Assembly: GCA_046539705.1 (NCBI GenBank)
Contig: JBKHGK010000001.1
Span: 1-31,693, forward strand
Length of the DNA stretch: 31,693 nt
From: Candidatus Brocadiia bacterium
GTDB taxonomy: Bacteria > Planctomycetota > Brocadiia > SM23-32
Direction of reading: 5' to 3'
Shown: piece by piece, positions 21,701-30,277 of the stretch
Numbering within the stretch: position 1 is the first letter of the stretch
How the letters are laid out: each line of letters starts with the position of its first letter
Position numbers and translations under genes: made by a program
The notes under the pieces: generated by a model
What the model was told of the DNA's origin: nothing
Database searches by the model: none
What the model saw: the letters and a program-made list of their open reading frames with translations, nothing else

Positions 21701-22427
21701 TAACGTCTCCGTCTTCGAACTCCACGGTCTCCGCGCTCACGCGCTCACGCAGTCTCGCCGCCGCGGTACCCGGTGTTATCTCCACGGTTTCAGTTTCATA
21801 GAAGGCATCTATGAGATCCTCGTCGGTCGCATGCTCTTCGCTGATGGCCCGCAGCAACAGAGTGACCGGTATTTTCCCGCTCTGATCGAGCCGGCAGCTG
21901 AGAATGTCATACCGGTTGGTTTCCATCTCCACCCAGCTGCCACGGTCGGGTATAATTCTGCAGGAATAAAGAGTTCTCTCGCCCGACGCTTCCTCGGAAA
22001 AATCACAGCCCGGGCTCCGGTGAAGCTGCATAACGATAATCCGCTCCGCCCCGTTCACGATAAACTCGCCGCCACCCAGCATGATTGGCATATCGCCAAG
22101 ATACACGCTTTCCTCAACGGCCTCTTCCCCCCTGTGCAGCCGCACCCTTACATGCAGGGGATAGCCATAGGTCAGTTTAAGCTGACGACACTCTTCGGGA
22201 GTATATCGCGGTTTTCCCAGGGAGTACCCGAGAAATTCCACCTTTACGCCCTTGCTTTCGTTCTCTATCGGGAAAACTTCCTCCATCACAGCCTGCAGCC
22301 CGGTACTCTCCCGCTCTTCCATCGGCACATCGGGCTGAAGAAACCTATCAAAGGACTGACGCTGAATGCGGGTGAGATCGGGGACATTCAGACGCGAGCC
22401 AATTTTTGCAAAATTACGCTCTTCCAT
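18759..22427 (-). CDS. rpoB: RNA polymerase beta subunit
   Basis: QLHRSPG; RRLSALGPGG; GRICPIETPEG; RALMGSNMQRQ; GDKMAGRHGNKG; GGQRFGEME. The start is placed at MEERNF (22427), not 22520. Confidence 0.99.
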   Translation of the reverse strand: MEERNFAKIGSRLNVPDLTRIQRQSFDRFLQPDVPMEERESTGLQAVMEEVFPIENESKGVKVEFLGYSLGKPRYTPEECRQLKLTYGYPLHVRVRLHRGEEAVEESVYLGDMPIMLGGGEFIVNGAERIIVMQLHRSPGCDFSEEASGERTLYSCRIIPDRGSWVEMETNRYDILSCRLDQSGKIPVTLLLRAISEEHATDEDLIDAFYETETVEITPGTAAARLRERVSAETVEFEDGDVTMVSAGESITDEQAQQLAEAGVEELRVVEKSPDMLIINTMQDDDAGDHRQAVKQLYGHLRPGTPFNFEKAKEMLWEKFYDSNRYRLGEVGRFRMNRKFGQNIPLEHQTLRPEDLVEAIQYVIGLRAGEGTVDDIDHLGNRRVRTIGELAQDEIRKGFLKMRRTVEERLNLKDPDEFTPKSLINSKTVSSALNYFFGRSELSQIVDQTNPIAQLTHERRLSALGPGGLNRKRASFDVRDVHISHYGRICPIETPEGTNIGLITSLGTFAETDQFGFLVTPYRVMKDGELTDEVHYLRADEETGQYILPADKPIEEMDLDQEVLVRYQSDFTEVPLEEVDYADVSPKQIVGVSASLIPFLEHSDANRALMGSNMQRQAVPLLQTEAPLVGTGMEKDVARNSSLTVKSRKEGTVTYVDSERIVIDEEDEYPLTKFEALNQRTCYNQRPIVESGQKVEEGEIIADGPATANGELALGRNLLCAFMPWDGYNFEDAIVISEKMVKDDAYTSVHIESFETEIRETKLGKEEFTRDIPNVSEEQLGNLDSHGIIREGTWVESGDILVGKVSPKSRSELSPEEKLLYAIFGKAGEDVRNESMTVPSGTDGVVVHTERFSRRSALTDEERLEVDDRIEELEAEYNEKIAGQFRQALEVLEKVLGGPVVDASTQQVIDLEEGLGTTDIAEMAEEFSLNDVEISGERLRKKARAAFEPFAQKVQELCTERDSRTTRLSKGDELPSGVLEMVRVYVATKRKMGVGDKMAGRHGNKGVVAKIVPEEDMPFLDDGTPVEVVLNPLGVPSRMNVGQILETHLSWAAKTLGFEAITPVFDGASEEEIRDYLREAGLPEDGKATVYDGRTGEAFDQGVTVGYMYMMKLDHLVDDKVHARATGPYSLITQQPLGGKARYGGQRFGEMEVWAVEAYGAAHVLQELLTVKSDDVDGRTKIYESMVKGTNVLEAGIPVAFEVLANEIRGLGLNLRLEKESF

Positions 22428-22473
22428 ATTTTTTCCCTTTTTTAACGGGTCGAAAGCACAATATCCATGCGGG

Positions 22474-22579
22474 ATGGCCGGTCGGCCCCTTAATGGGCGA
22501 CCCGGCCATGGCCAAGACACAGCAAACGTAGAATTGACAGAATAAGCCCGTCCTCCGCATACGGACGGCAGTGCGGAGG
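22474..22579. promoter_or_regulatory. Two GC-rich hairpins in the rplL-rpoB spacer (possible attenuation or processing elements)
   Basis: ATGGCCGG (22474-22481) pairs with CCGGCCAT (22502-22509) with further inner pairing; CCTCCGCA (22552-22559) pairs with TGCGGAGG (22572-22579). No clear U tract. Confidence 0.35.
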
Positions 22580-22633
22580 CGAGCTTGTATACCCCAGCTC
22601 TGTCACGACGGGTCCGATTTTATATACGTTCAC

Positions 22634-23080
22634 TTACTCTCCATGAGGGACGACATCTGCCTCGGCACCGGCCTCCTCAAGTTCTTCCACTGCTTCTTCA
22701 GCCTCATCCTTCGGGATGGCTTCTTTAATTGCAGAGGGAGCATCCTCCACAACGGATTTGGCTTCCTTCAGGGCCAGACTGGTCATCGAACGGACAGCCT
22801 TGATGACCTGAATCTTATTATCGCCAAAATCCGTGAGCTTGACGTCAAACTCCACGGCTTCCTCTTCCTCCTCTTCGCCCCCCTCGCCTCCTGCAGGAAC
22901 GGCAGCCCCCGCGGCCGGGGCAGCCATGGCGGACGCCTCCACGTTAAAACGCTCTTCAAAAGCGTCCACAAGCTCAGACAGCTCCATGAGTGAAAACTCT
23001 CCGACCTTGTCCAAAATCTCCGTCACCTTCTCAGAATATTCGTTCTCTTTCTGCTCTACGTCTTCTGTCGCATCGGCCAT
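22634..23080 (-). CDS. rplL: 50S ribosomal protein L7/L12
   Basis: [16 protein letters not shown]; Ala-rich hinge; EFDVKL; KIQVIKAVR; LKEAK. Confidence 0.97.
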   Translation of the reverse strand: MADATEDVEQKENEYSEKVTEILDKVGEFSLMELSELVDAFEERFNVEASAMAAPAAGAAVPAGGEGGEEEEEEAVEFDVKLTDFGDNKIQVIKAVRSMTSLALKEAKSVVEDAPSAIKEAIPKDEAEEAVEELEEAGAEADVVPHGE

Positions 23081-23160
23081 TGTTTACATCCTCCTGAGTT
23101 ACTCGGTAAAAACTTATACTTATCTCCACGTTCGGTCCAATTCTCTGGTTGACGGATACG

Positions 23161-23691
23161 TCAACCCTCCTCATCTTCCTTCTTATCTCTAATTTCCCGT
23201 AACACGGACGCCAGCCGGAGAGCCGGGCTGTTCAGACAATTCACCAGTCGTCGTGCGGGGGCAGAAATTCCGGCCAGAACCTGGGAAAGCAAAGTTTCAC
23301 GATCCGGCAGTTCGGCCAGCTTCTCCACCTCCTCCGCAGCCAGTACCTGTCCTTCCGCATAGCCACCCAACACATCCAGTTGCGGTGTCTCCTCCTGAGC
23401 CTCGTCAACCGCTTTGGCGGCTCCCACAGGGTCCTCCCCGGTCACAACGGCCGTGGGGCCGTCAACCGCATTCTTCAGTTCGGCAAGCCCCAGTTCCTCG
23501 AGAGCTATCTTAAACAGATTGTTGCGGATCACCATCATATCGGCGTTCTGTTCATTCAGCTTTCCGCGGACCTCCGCCGCCTCATTGGCGCCCAGACCCT
23601 GGTAGTGGACCAGAACACACCCACAGTCCTCCAGGTCCGAAAAACGTTCCGCCATCTCCTGCACCATATATTGTTTTACTCTGCGGGACAT
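23161..23691 (-). CDS. rplJ: 50S ribosomal protein L10
   Basis: YQGL; VIRNNLFKIA; GPTAV; LAELPDRETLL; located between rplA and rplL. Confidence 0.95.
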   Translation of the reverse strand: MSRRVKQYMVQEMAERFSDLEDCGCVLVHYQGLGANEAAEVRGKLNEQNADMMVIRNNLFKIALEELGLAELKNAVDGPTAVVTGEDPVGAAKAVDEAQEETPQLDVLGGYAEGQVLAAEEVEKLAELPDRETLLSQVLAGISAPARRLVNCLNSPALRLASVLREIRDKKEDEEG

Positions 23692-23713
23692 CTCTGCTAT
23701 TCACTCCCATAAC

Positions 23714-24394
23714 TCATATTGATAGCTTCACACCCGGACTCATCGTGCTTGAAATCACTACATTGCGGAAAAATCTGCCGGTCGCCCCAGGCGGTTTCTG
23801 TCGGGTCAGCTGTTCCAGCACAGCCTGCACATTTTCCTGAAGTTGTTCGTCGGCAAATGACAGTTTGCCCACCGGCACGTGCACGTTGCCACCATCGTCG
23901 TTGCGAAGCTCCACCTTACCGGCCTTGAACTCCTCAACGGCATCACCAATATCATCCCGCACCGTACCATTTTTCGGCGTTGGCATCAGCCCCCGCGGTC
24001 CCAGATAACGGCCGAGTCTGCCCACCTTACTCATCATTTTCGGAGTGGCCAGAGCCACGTCGAAATCCATCCATCCGTCCTCTATACGCTCAACAAGATC
24101 ATCGGATCCCACCTCGTCGGCACCGGCCTCACGGGCAGCCTCCGCGTCATCACCCTCGGCGAAAACAATCACCCGCACCTCTTTACCGGTTCCGTGTGGA
24201 AGCGACAGAGAGGTCCGGACCTGTTGGTCGGTCTGTCGCGGGTCGATGCCCAGCTGTATGGCCACCTCCACTGTCTCATCAAAATCGGCGCCCGGCATGG
24301 ACCTCACAATATCTATCGCCTTCCCCAGCGAGTACCTCTCCTTGCGGTCCACTTCCGCGCGCGCCTGTCTGTACCGTTTACTTCTATTAGCCAT
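23714..24394 (-). CDS. rplA: 50S ribosomal protein L1
   Basis: [15 protein letters not shown]; LPHGTGK; [15 protein letters not shown]; STMSPG. Confidence 0.98.
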   Translation of the reverse strand: MANRSKRYRQARAEVDRKERYSLGKAIDIVRSMPGADFDETVEVAIQLGIDPRQTDQQVRTSLSLPHGTGKEVRVIVFAEGDDAEAAREAGADEVGSDDLVERIEDGWMDFDVALATPKMMSKVGRLGRYLGPRGLMPTPKNGTVRDDIGDAVEEFKAGKVELRNDDGGNVHVPVGKLSFADEQLQENVQAVLEQLTRQKPPGATGRFFRNVVISSTMSPGVKLSI

Positions 24395-24443
24395 TGTCTA
24401 ACACCTTTGCGCCCTTAGGGCTACATATGCAAGTCGAACTATC

Positions 24444-24872
24444 TCAGTCTACAACCTGGATACCGCAGCTCCGAGCCGTACCTTCAATAATCTTCATCGC
24501 CGAATCCAGATCATGAGCATTGAGATCCTCCAGTTTTTCCTCGGCAATTTCCCTCACCTGTTCCTGGGTCAGTGTACCGACCGACTCCTTACCGGCCATT
24601 CCCGATCCCTTGGCAACATCCGCAGCACGTTTGATCAGATAGGAAGCGGGGGGGCTTTTGACATCAAAATCGTATGACCCGTCACCGTACACCCGGATTT
24701 CAACCGGCAGGGGAACGCCCATCTGATCGCTCGTTTTGTCATTGAACTCGTTGATGAACTGCCCGATATTCACCCGATGCTGGCTCAGGGCCGGCCCAAG
24801 CGGAGGAGCCGGATTGGCCTGGCCACCGGTAACCTGCAGTTTCAAAGTTACTTTTGGTTGTTTTTTTGCCAT
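24444..24872 (-). CDS. rplK: 50S ribosomal protein L11
   Basis: GGQANPAPPLGPAL; KSPPAS; IEGTARSCG. Confidence 0.98.
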   Translation of the reverse strand: MAKKQPKVTLKLQVTGGQANPAPPLGPALSQHRVNIGQFINEFNDKTSDQMGVPLPVEIRVYGDGSYDFDVKSPPASYLIKRAADVAKGSGMAGKESVGTLTQEQVREIAEEKLEDLNAHDLDSAMKIIEGTARSCGIQVVD

Positions 24873-24927
24873 ATCATAAAACCTGTCTAAAGCGTAACAG
24901 AATCACACCTTCATTTCCTCAATCACA

Positions 24928-25476
24928 CTACTGAGCTTCAACCTGCCAGTAGGCCAGCTCTACCGGAGTCGGTCGATTGAAGACCGTTATCACTACCTTG
25001 ATGCGCCCGGTGGCTGGATTAATCTCCTCAACCTGACCCTTCATATCATGGAAAGGTCCTTCTTTGACCTCAACCATATCCCCCTCCTCAAAGTCAACCT
25101 CAAGAACCGGAGTTTCCTCCTCCGCCTCTTCCTCCTGGCCAACGAGATTCGCCACCTCCTCCTCGCTCAACGGCCACGGTCGCTCGGAACCAATAAAATC
25201 TCCAACTCCGCTGGTCTCGTGAATCAGATACCACACCGTATCCGGTATACGTCCCTGCTCATCAGCGTCCACCTCCATTATCACGTAACCGGGGTAGAGC
25301 TTTCGCTCCACCTCCTGCCGCTTCCCATCACGTATCTCCGTCACCGTCTGTGTGGGAACCATGACATTGGGCACAACATCCTCTTTCTCTTCGAGCTCAA
25401 TCGCCCTGATAAGGTTATCCCGAACTTCCGTTTCGCGATTGCTCTGAACTCTGAGGACAAACCACTGTTTCGCCAC
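24928..25476 (-). CDS. nusG: Transcription termination/antitermination factor NusG
   Basis: WFVLRVQSNRE; KLYPGYV; GVGDFIG; KOW motif GDMVEVKEGPF; VFNRPTPVEL. GTG at 25476 has SD AAGGA. Confidence 0.97.
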   Translation of the reverse strand: MAKQWFVLRVQSNRETEVRDNLIRAIELEEKEDVVPNVMVPTQTVTEIRDGKRQEVERKLYPGYVIMEVDADEQGRIPDTVWYLIHETSGVGDFIGSERPWPLSEEEVANLVGQEEEAEEETPVLEVDFEEGDMVEVKEGPFHDMKGQVEEINPATGRIKVVITVFNRPTPVELAYWQVEAQ

Positions 25477-25569
25477 TGTATTAGTCCTTCCGCTCAATTT
25501 AGCCGCAACTCCGCCCGTGATAAACCGGATAACAGCAAAACAGGAAACCCGAAGGTGTGGTTCTGCGCA

Positions 25570-26016
25570 TCATACGGGCAAAACATTCAACTCACTCATC
25601 ACAAAGGAAAACATCATATCTATAACCGATAGAAACGCACCCAGCACTAATATCCCGCTCAGGACCACGATCGTGGCTCTTCTCACCTCCTCCGCTCCCG
25701 GCCAGGAAACTTTCTTCAACTCGTTCTCCGTGTCAATCAGGAGATCCACAAACGACTGTATCTTCCCGTCAACACCTTCAAACCCGAGTTCATAACCGGT
25801 TAGGAATACGGCTGAAAGCGCGCCAAGCAGCACAAACAGAACACCGCCCCAGACGGCCCCGCTCGATATACCAACACCGAGCGGCCTCAACTCCTCGCCT
25901 GCTCCCACCATTTCAGAAAGGCTCCAGCTGGCCAGAAGCGACAGCACAATCATAGCTGCACCGGCCGCCGCCCTTGCGTAACGTCCCTGATTGGGTTTAT
26001 ACGGAGTTAGAGCCAT
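25570..26016 (-). CDS. secE: Preprotein translocase subunit SecE (long, 3-TM type)
   Basis: ELKKVSWPGAEEVRRATIVVL; N-terminal YKPNQGRYAR; located between tRNA-Trp and nusG. Confidence 0.95.
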   Translation of the reverse strand: MALTPYKPNQGRYARAAAGAAMIVLSLLASWSLSEMVGAGEELRPLGVGISSGAVWGGVLFVLLGALSAVFLTGYELGFEGVDGKIQSFVDLLIDTENELKKVSWPGAEEVRRATIVVLSGILVLGAFLSVIDMMFSFVMSELNVLPV

Positions 26017-26067
26017 TGTCTGGGTACCAGACTTCTCCTGAAGAGATCATTATAGTGAGGCTAATCA

Positions 26068-26145
26068 TGGCAGGCCAGGAGGGACTTGAACCCCCAACCG
26101 CCGGTTTTGGAAACCGGTGCTCTCGCCGGATTGAGCTACTGGCCT
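26068..26145 (-). tRNA. trnW: tRNA-Trp(CCA)
   Basis: AGGCCAG acceptor stem; CCGGT-TTCCAAA-ACCGG anticodon arm; GGTTCAAGTCC; encoded CCA end. Confidence 0.97.
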
Positions 26146-26209
26146 GCCGCATAAACCGTGTCGAACGTTGCCCCCTTAACTGGCGCAACGCCAACGTAAG
26201 AGTGAGCAG

Positions 26210-26353
26210 CTACTTTTCCTTGTGCTCGGTATGCTGCTGGCAGTACGGACAGAACTTGCTGAGCTTCAGCTTTTTACCGGCGGTTTTATTCCGCGTCGTT
26301 CTGTAGTTGCCCCGGTTGCATTCCGAACACTGTAATGTCACATCCACACGCAT
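26210..26353 (-). CDS. rpmG: 50S ribosomal protein L33, zinc-binding (C+) type
   Basis: MRVDVTLQCSEC...NY...KFCPYCQQHTEHKEK, 47 aa with two CxxC motifs; begins 10 bp after the tuf stop. Confidence 0.96.
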   Translation of the reverse strand: MRVDVTLQCSECNRGNYRTTRNKTAGKKLKLSKFCPYCQQHTEHKEK

Positions 26354-26363
26354 AATTACACAC

Positions 26364-27557
26364 TCACTCAATAACTTCGGTAACAACTCCCGCGCCGACG
26401 GTATTACCGCCTTCGCGTATGGCGAAGCGCAGCTCCTCTTCCATCGCGATCGGATCAATCAGCTCCACATCGATCGTGACGTTATCTCCGGGCAACACCA
26501 TATCCTGACCTTCCGGCAGGCTCACCGTCCCGGTCACATCGGTGGTCCGGAAATAGAACTGGGGACGATAACCGGTGAAAAATGGGGTGTGTCGCCCACC
26601 TTCATCCTTGGTCAGAACATAGACCTCTCCCTTGAACTTCGTGTGGGGAGTAATCGATCCGGGTTCCGCAAGAACCTGCCCCCGGGTGAGTTCCTCCTTC
26701 TCAATACCTCGGAGCAGACAGCCGACGTTATCCCCGGCCTGCCCGCTGTCCAGGGTTTTCCGGAACATCTCCACCCCTGTCACCACAGTTTCCCGGACGT
26801 CATGACTTATACCGACGATTTCAACTTCATCACCCACTTCGACCTTACCCCGTTCAATGCGGCCGGTCCCCACGGTCCCGCGGCCCTTGATGCTGAACAC
26901 ATCCTCCACGGGCATCAGGAACGGCTGGTCCACATCACGCTCCGGTTCGGGCAGGTAATCATCCAGCGCATCTATGATGTCCGCGATCGGCTGCTGCTTT
27001 TCTTCGTCCTCTGGATTCTCCAGTGCCTCCAGGGCGGAACCTCTCACAACCGGAATCTCGTCTCCCGGAAAATCATAATCCGACAGAAGTTCCCGGATCT
27101 CCATCTCAACCAGCTCCAGAAGCTCCGGATCATCAAGCTGATCGGTTTTATTGATAAACACCACCATACCCGGCACATTTACCTGGCGCGCAAGCAGTAT
27201 ATGCTCATGCGTCTGCGGCATGGGACCGTCGGCGGCGCTCACCACCAGAATCGCACCGTCCATCTGGGCGGCACCCGTAATCATGTTCTTGACATAATCG
27301 CGATGGCCCGGGCAATCCACGTGCGCATAGTGGCGATTATCCGTCTCGTATTCCACGTGCTGAGTCGCAATCGTAATTCCACGGTCCTGCTCTTCCGGAG
27401 CATTGTCAATGGACTCAAATGGCCGATACTCCGCATATCCCTGATCAGCAAGATACCGGGTCATCGCTGCTGTAAGAGTCGTTTTACCGTGGTCAATGTG
27501 GCCTATGGTTCCCACATTCAGATGCGGCTTCGTTCGTTCAAATTCCTCTTTAGCCAT
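26364..27557 (-). CDS. tuf: Elongation factor Tu
   Basis: [13 protein letters not shown]; RGITI; [21 protein letters not shown]; GRGTV; GRHTPFF; [11 protein letters not shown]. Confidence 0.99.
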   Translation of the reverse strand: MAKEEFERTKPHLNVGTIGHIDHGKTTLTAAMTRYLADQGYAEYRPFESIDNAPEEQDRGITIATQHVEYETDNRHYAHVDCPGHRDYVKNMITGAAQMDGAILVVSAADGPMPQTHEHILLARQVNVPGMVVFINKTDQLDDPELLELVEMEIRELLSDYDFPGDEIPVVRGSALEALENPEDEEKQQPIADIIDALDDYLPEPERDVDQPFLMPVEDVFSIKGRGTVGTGRIERGKVEVGDEVEIVGISHDVRETVVTGVEMFRKTLDSGQAGDNVGCLLRGIEKEELTRGQVLAEPGSITPHTKFKGEVYVLTKDEGGRHTPFFTGYRPQFYFRTTDVTGTVSLPEGQDMVLPGDNVTIDVELIDPIAMEEELRFAIREGGNTVGAGVVTEVIE

Positions 27558-27697
27558 GATCTAATTAGCCTCCCAGACTACTGAGCACAAAGAAACGTTC
27601 TAACGTAACAATGGAAGTGCAAACGCCTTCCAACAGATACCTGACAAACTCTTATGTCGCCCCGCTTCGAAGCCTGATGGGTGACATATGATCAAAC

Positions 27698-27773
27698 TGG
27701 TGCTGCTGATGGGACTTGAACCCATGGCCTCGTCCTTACCAAGGACGCGCTCTGCCGTCTGAGCTACAGCAGC
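27698..27773 (-). tRNA. trnT: tRNA-Thr(GGT)
   Basis: GCTGCTG stem; CGTCC-TTGGTAA-GGACG; GGTTCAAGTCC; CCA; 76 nt. Confidence 0.97.
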
Positions 27774-28010
27774 AATATCCTCTCCATATCAAGATGGAGC
27801 TCCGTGTCATTCACGACCTGTATATTAGTCGAGCCCTGGATTGCATTCTCGCAGCCCATAAAGTATGCGTGAAGTGAATGGGATCTACCCCATAACTCAG
27901 ACATTATACGTTGCATGGCAGGAAACGAGAACAACCGCTGAAGCAATGGGGTTAAAGATACCCCATCTGCACACAGCCGTCAAATGCACAAGTGCCCGAT
28001 AACAACCAAG

Positions 28011-28085
28011 TGGAGCGGGCGATGGGATTCGAACCCACAACGGCTGGCTTGGAAGGCCAGCGCTCTGCCGTTGAGCTACGCCCGC
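28011..28085 (-). tRNA. trnG: tRNA-Gly(TCC)
   Basis: GCGGGCG stem; CTGGC-CTTCCAA-GCCAG; GGTTCGAATCC; CCA; 75 nt. Confidence 0.97.
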
Positions 28086-28100
28086 ATCGTATGTATTATG

Positions 28101-28186
28101 TGGTGGGCAGGGGAGGATTCGAACCTCCGAAGGCAAACGCCAACAGATTTACAGTCTGTCCCCTTTGGCCACTCGGGTACCTGCCC
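28101..28186 (-). tRNA. trnY: tRNA-Tyr(GTA)
   Basis: GGGCAGG stem; ACAGA-CTGTAAA-TCTGT; long variable arm; CCA; 86 nt. Confidence 0.97.
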
Positions 28187-28240
28187 ACCTGGTATGTCCT
28201 ATATCATCGTGGCGCCAATGACCACGTGAATCCATCACTG

Positions 28241-28315
28241 TGGAGCCAGCGAGGGGATTCGAACCCCTAACCTGCGGTTTACAAAACCGCTGCTCTGCCG
28301 TTGAGCTACACTGGC
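28241..28315 (-). tRNA. trnT: tRNA-Thr(TGT)
   Basis: GCCAGTG stem; GCGGT-TTTGTAA-ACCGC; GGTTCGAATCC; CCA; 75 nt. Confidence 0.97.
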
Positions 28316-28329
28316 AGGCCTGATGCGTT

Positions 28330-28358
28330 TTTATAGCATATGCGCCGCCTTTTTGCAA
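28330..28358 (-). promoter_or_regulatory. sigma70 promoter of the tRNA-tuf operon
   Basis: TTGCAA (28358-28353), 17 bp spacer, TATAAA (28335-28330) with an extended -10 TG, 14 bp upstream of tRNA-Thr(TGT). Confidence 0.75.
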
Positions 28359-28404
28359 ACGACCTGATGTAGCCGCCACAAATTCTCCGTTTCAGGTGAT
28401 CCCC

Positions 28405-30117
28405 ATGAAAATCGCCATGGCCCAGGCCTCTCCCGTTACCGGCGCCCTGACAACCAACACGTCCGCTATTGTCAATTATATCCTCCAGGCACGCGAACGA
28501 CAGTGCGATCTCATCCTCACCCCTGAAACATGTATAACCGGGTACATGAGCTGTGATCTGCTGGAAGTGGATTCTTACTTACGGGACAATCGGCGTCTGT
28601 TGCTCGAGCAAATCGTCCCCGCCACCCAAAATATCACCGCCGTCGTCGGTTTCGTCGATTACCGCGAGGTCAATGGCCGTATAACCGATCGCTACAACGC
28701 CGCCGCCGTTATCCAAAACCGCCAGATTCTCGGAACGGCCCACAAACGATGCCTGTGTCGCTATCGGTTTTTCGACGAGACACGATATTACACCAGCGGA
28801 AACTCCACGCTCGTCCTGCCAGTTCAAATCGGCGAGGAAACAATCAACCTCTCTCCCATCATATGTGAGGACCTCTGGGACGATAATTATGATATTTCAC
28901 CGTTCCGGGAAGCTGCCGACAAAGGTGCTTCACTGGTAACCGTGCTGAACGCCTCCCCCTTTGAACCCGACAAGTGGGACCGGCGCCTCAAACTCGTGCG
29001 TCACCATCAATCCGCACACCCCATCCCCATTGTGTATACAAACACCACCGGGATAGGCGACAATCTCAAAGGTATAATTCCTTTTGACGGCCGCAGCATG
29101 GCCTTCGATGCCAGGGGCAGAATGGTGGCCACCGGACCGTTTTTCGAAGAAGGGCTCGTTACCTGCAAACTTGGGCCAGGCGGGCAAAGCAACCCGATCC
29201 AACCCCCATGCTGGAATGAAGATGAGGAACTTCACACGGCCCTCACTTTCACGCTGCGCAAATACTGCGAAATCACCGGTTTCGACCGCCTCGTGTTGGG
29301 CATGAGCGGCGGCGTAGACTCCTCCCTCTGCGCAGCACTGGCAGCAGAAGCCATGGGGCCGTCTTCTGTGCGCGGCCTTACCCTGCCCTCGCGACACAAT
29401 TCCTCCGAAACGCGCGAGGACGCGGAAGAATGTTGCGCCAATCTCGGAGTGCAATTCGACACCATATCCATCGACGATCTGTACTCCCGCACAAGGGATA
29501 CATTCGAAAAATGGAAAACCATAACAAATGGAGTGACGGCTCAGAACTTTCAAGCACGACTCCGGGGACTGCTTCTGATGGGCATCTCAAATGAAACCGG
29601 AAGGATGGTCCTCGCAACGGGCAATAAAACCGAACTGGGGCTGGGCTACTGCACCCTTTACGGAGATATGGTGGGCGGAATGCTGCTGATCGGCGATGTG
29701 AACAAAAACCAGGTCTATCAACTGACAGAATTCATCAACGCCAGGGCCGGGTCCGACATCATCCCCTCGTCCGTGATACAACGAGCTCCCTCCGCGGAAC
29801 TGACTGCTGACCAGAGCGACCCCTTCGACTATCCGGTGGTCGCCCCCCTGGTGGACGACCTCATTGCCCGTAAAGACCCGACAGAAATTGTGAGACAGTT
29901 CCGGAATCGTGGCCTGGACAAACGATACCCCAACACGCTCTACGAACAGTATGATGAAAACGATTTCGCCAACCTGCTGCGCGATATTCAGACCCGCTAT
30001 CACAACAGTGCATTCAAACGCTCCCAGGCCAGTCCCCTGGTCATAGTTTCCCGCCGTGCACTGGGGTTCGATCTTCGTGAGACCATAATTAACAAATGGA
30101 ATCCGCTCAAAATCTGA
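28405..30117 (+). CDS. nadE: Glutamine-dependent NAD+ synthetase
   Basis: Nitrilase-domain triad (PET, HK, ICEDLW) fused to a synthetase domain (LGMSGGVDSS; QNFQARLRG; LATGNKTELGLGYCTLYGD; APSAEL). ATG at 28405 with SD AGGTG. Confidence 0.95.
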   Translation: MKIAMAQASPVTGALTTNTSAIVNYILQARERQCDLILTPETCITGYMSCDLLEVDSYLRDNRRLLLEQIVPATQNITAVVGFVDYREVNGRITDRYNAAAVIQNRQILGTAHKRCLCRYRFFDETRYYTSGNSTLVLPVQIGEETINLSPIICEDLWDDNYDISPFREAADKGASLVTVLNASPFEPDKWDRRLKLVRHHQSAHPIPIVYTNTTGIGDNLKGIIPFDGRSMAFDARGRMVATGPFFEEGLVTCKLGPGGQSNPIQPPCWNEDEELHTALTFTLRKYCEITGFDRLVLGMSGGVDSSLCAALAAEAMGPSSVRGLTLPSRHNSSETREDAEECCANLGVQFDTISIDDLYSRTRDTFEKWKTITNGVTAQNFQARLRGLLLMGISNETGRMVLATGNKTELGLGYCTLYGDMVGGMLLIGDVNKNQVYQLTEFINARAGSDIIPSSVIQRAPSAELTADQSDPFDYPVVAPLVDDLIARKDPTEIVRQFRNRGLDKRYPNTLYEQYDENDFANLLRDIQTRYHNSAFKRSQASPLVIVSRRALGFDLRETIINKWNPLKI

Positions 30118-30277
30118 CAAATACCTGTTGGAGACTGGCATGAAACCAACATAAGGCCTTATACACAGCACCAGAAGAGAAAGGTGGCTCCCGCTGGGCA
30201 GACAGCCGAACCGGTTACCCGACGGACATCACCCCTCTGGGCGTCCCGCTTCCCTTGCTCTGTCCCTCACTTCGCCG

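Noticed and set aside
20823-22445. 540-aa plus-strand ORF, and similar long ORFs at 14490-15473, 18939-19988 and 26307-27584
   Set aside because: They are antisense to rpoB, rpoC or tuf and have a His/Leu/Arg-rich shadow composition.
22428-22520. N-terminal extension of RpoB in the ORF track; likewise rpmG 26354-26458 and rpoC 18615-18629
   Set aside because: Conserved N-termini and RBS positions favour the downstream starts.
27764-28379. Small ORFs over the tRNA cluster
   Set aside because: They overlap clearly folded tRNA genes.
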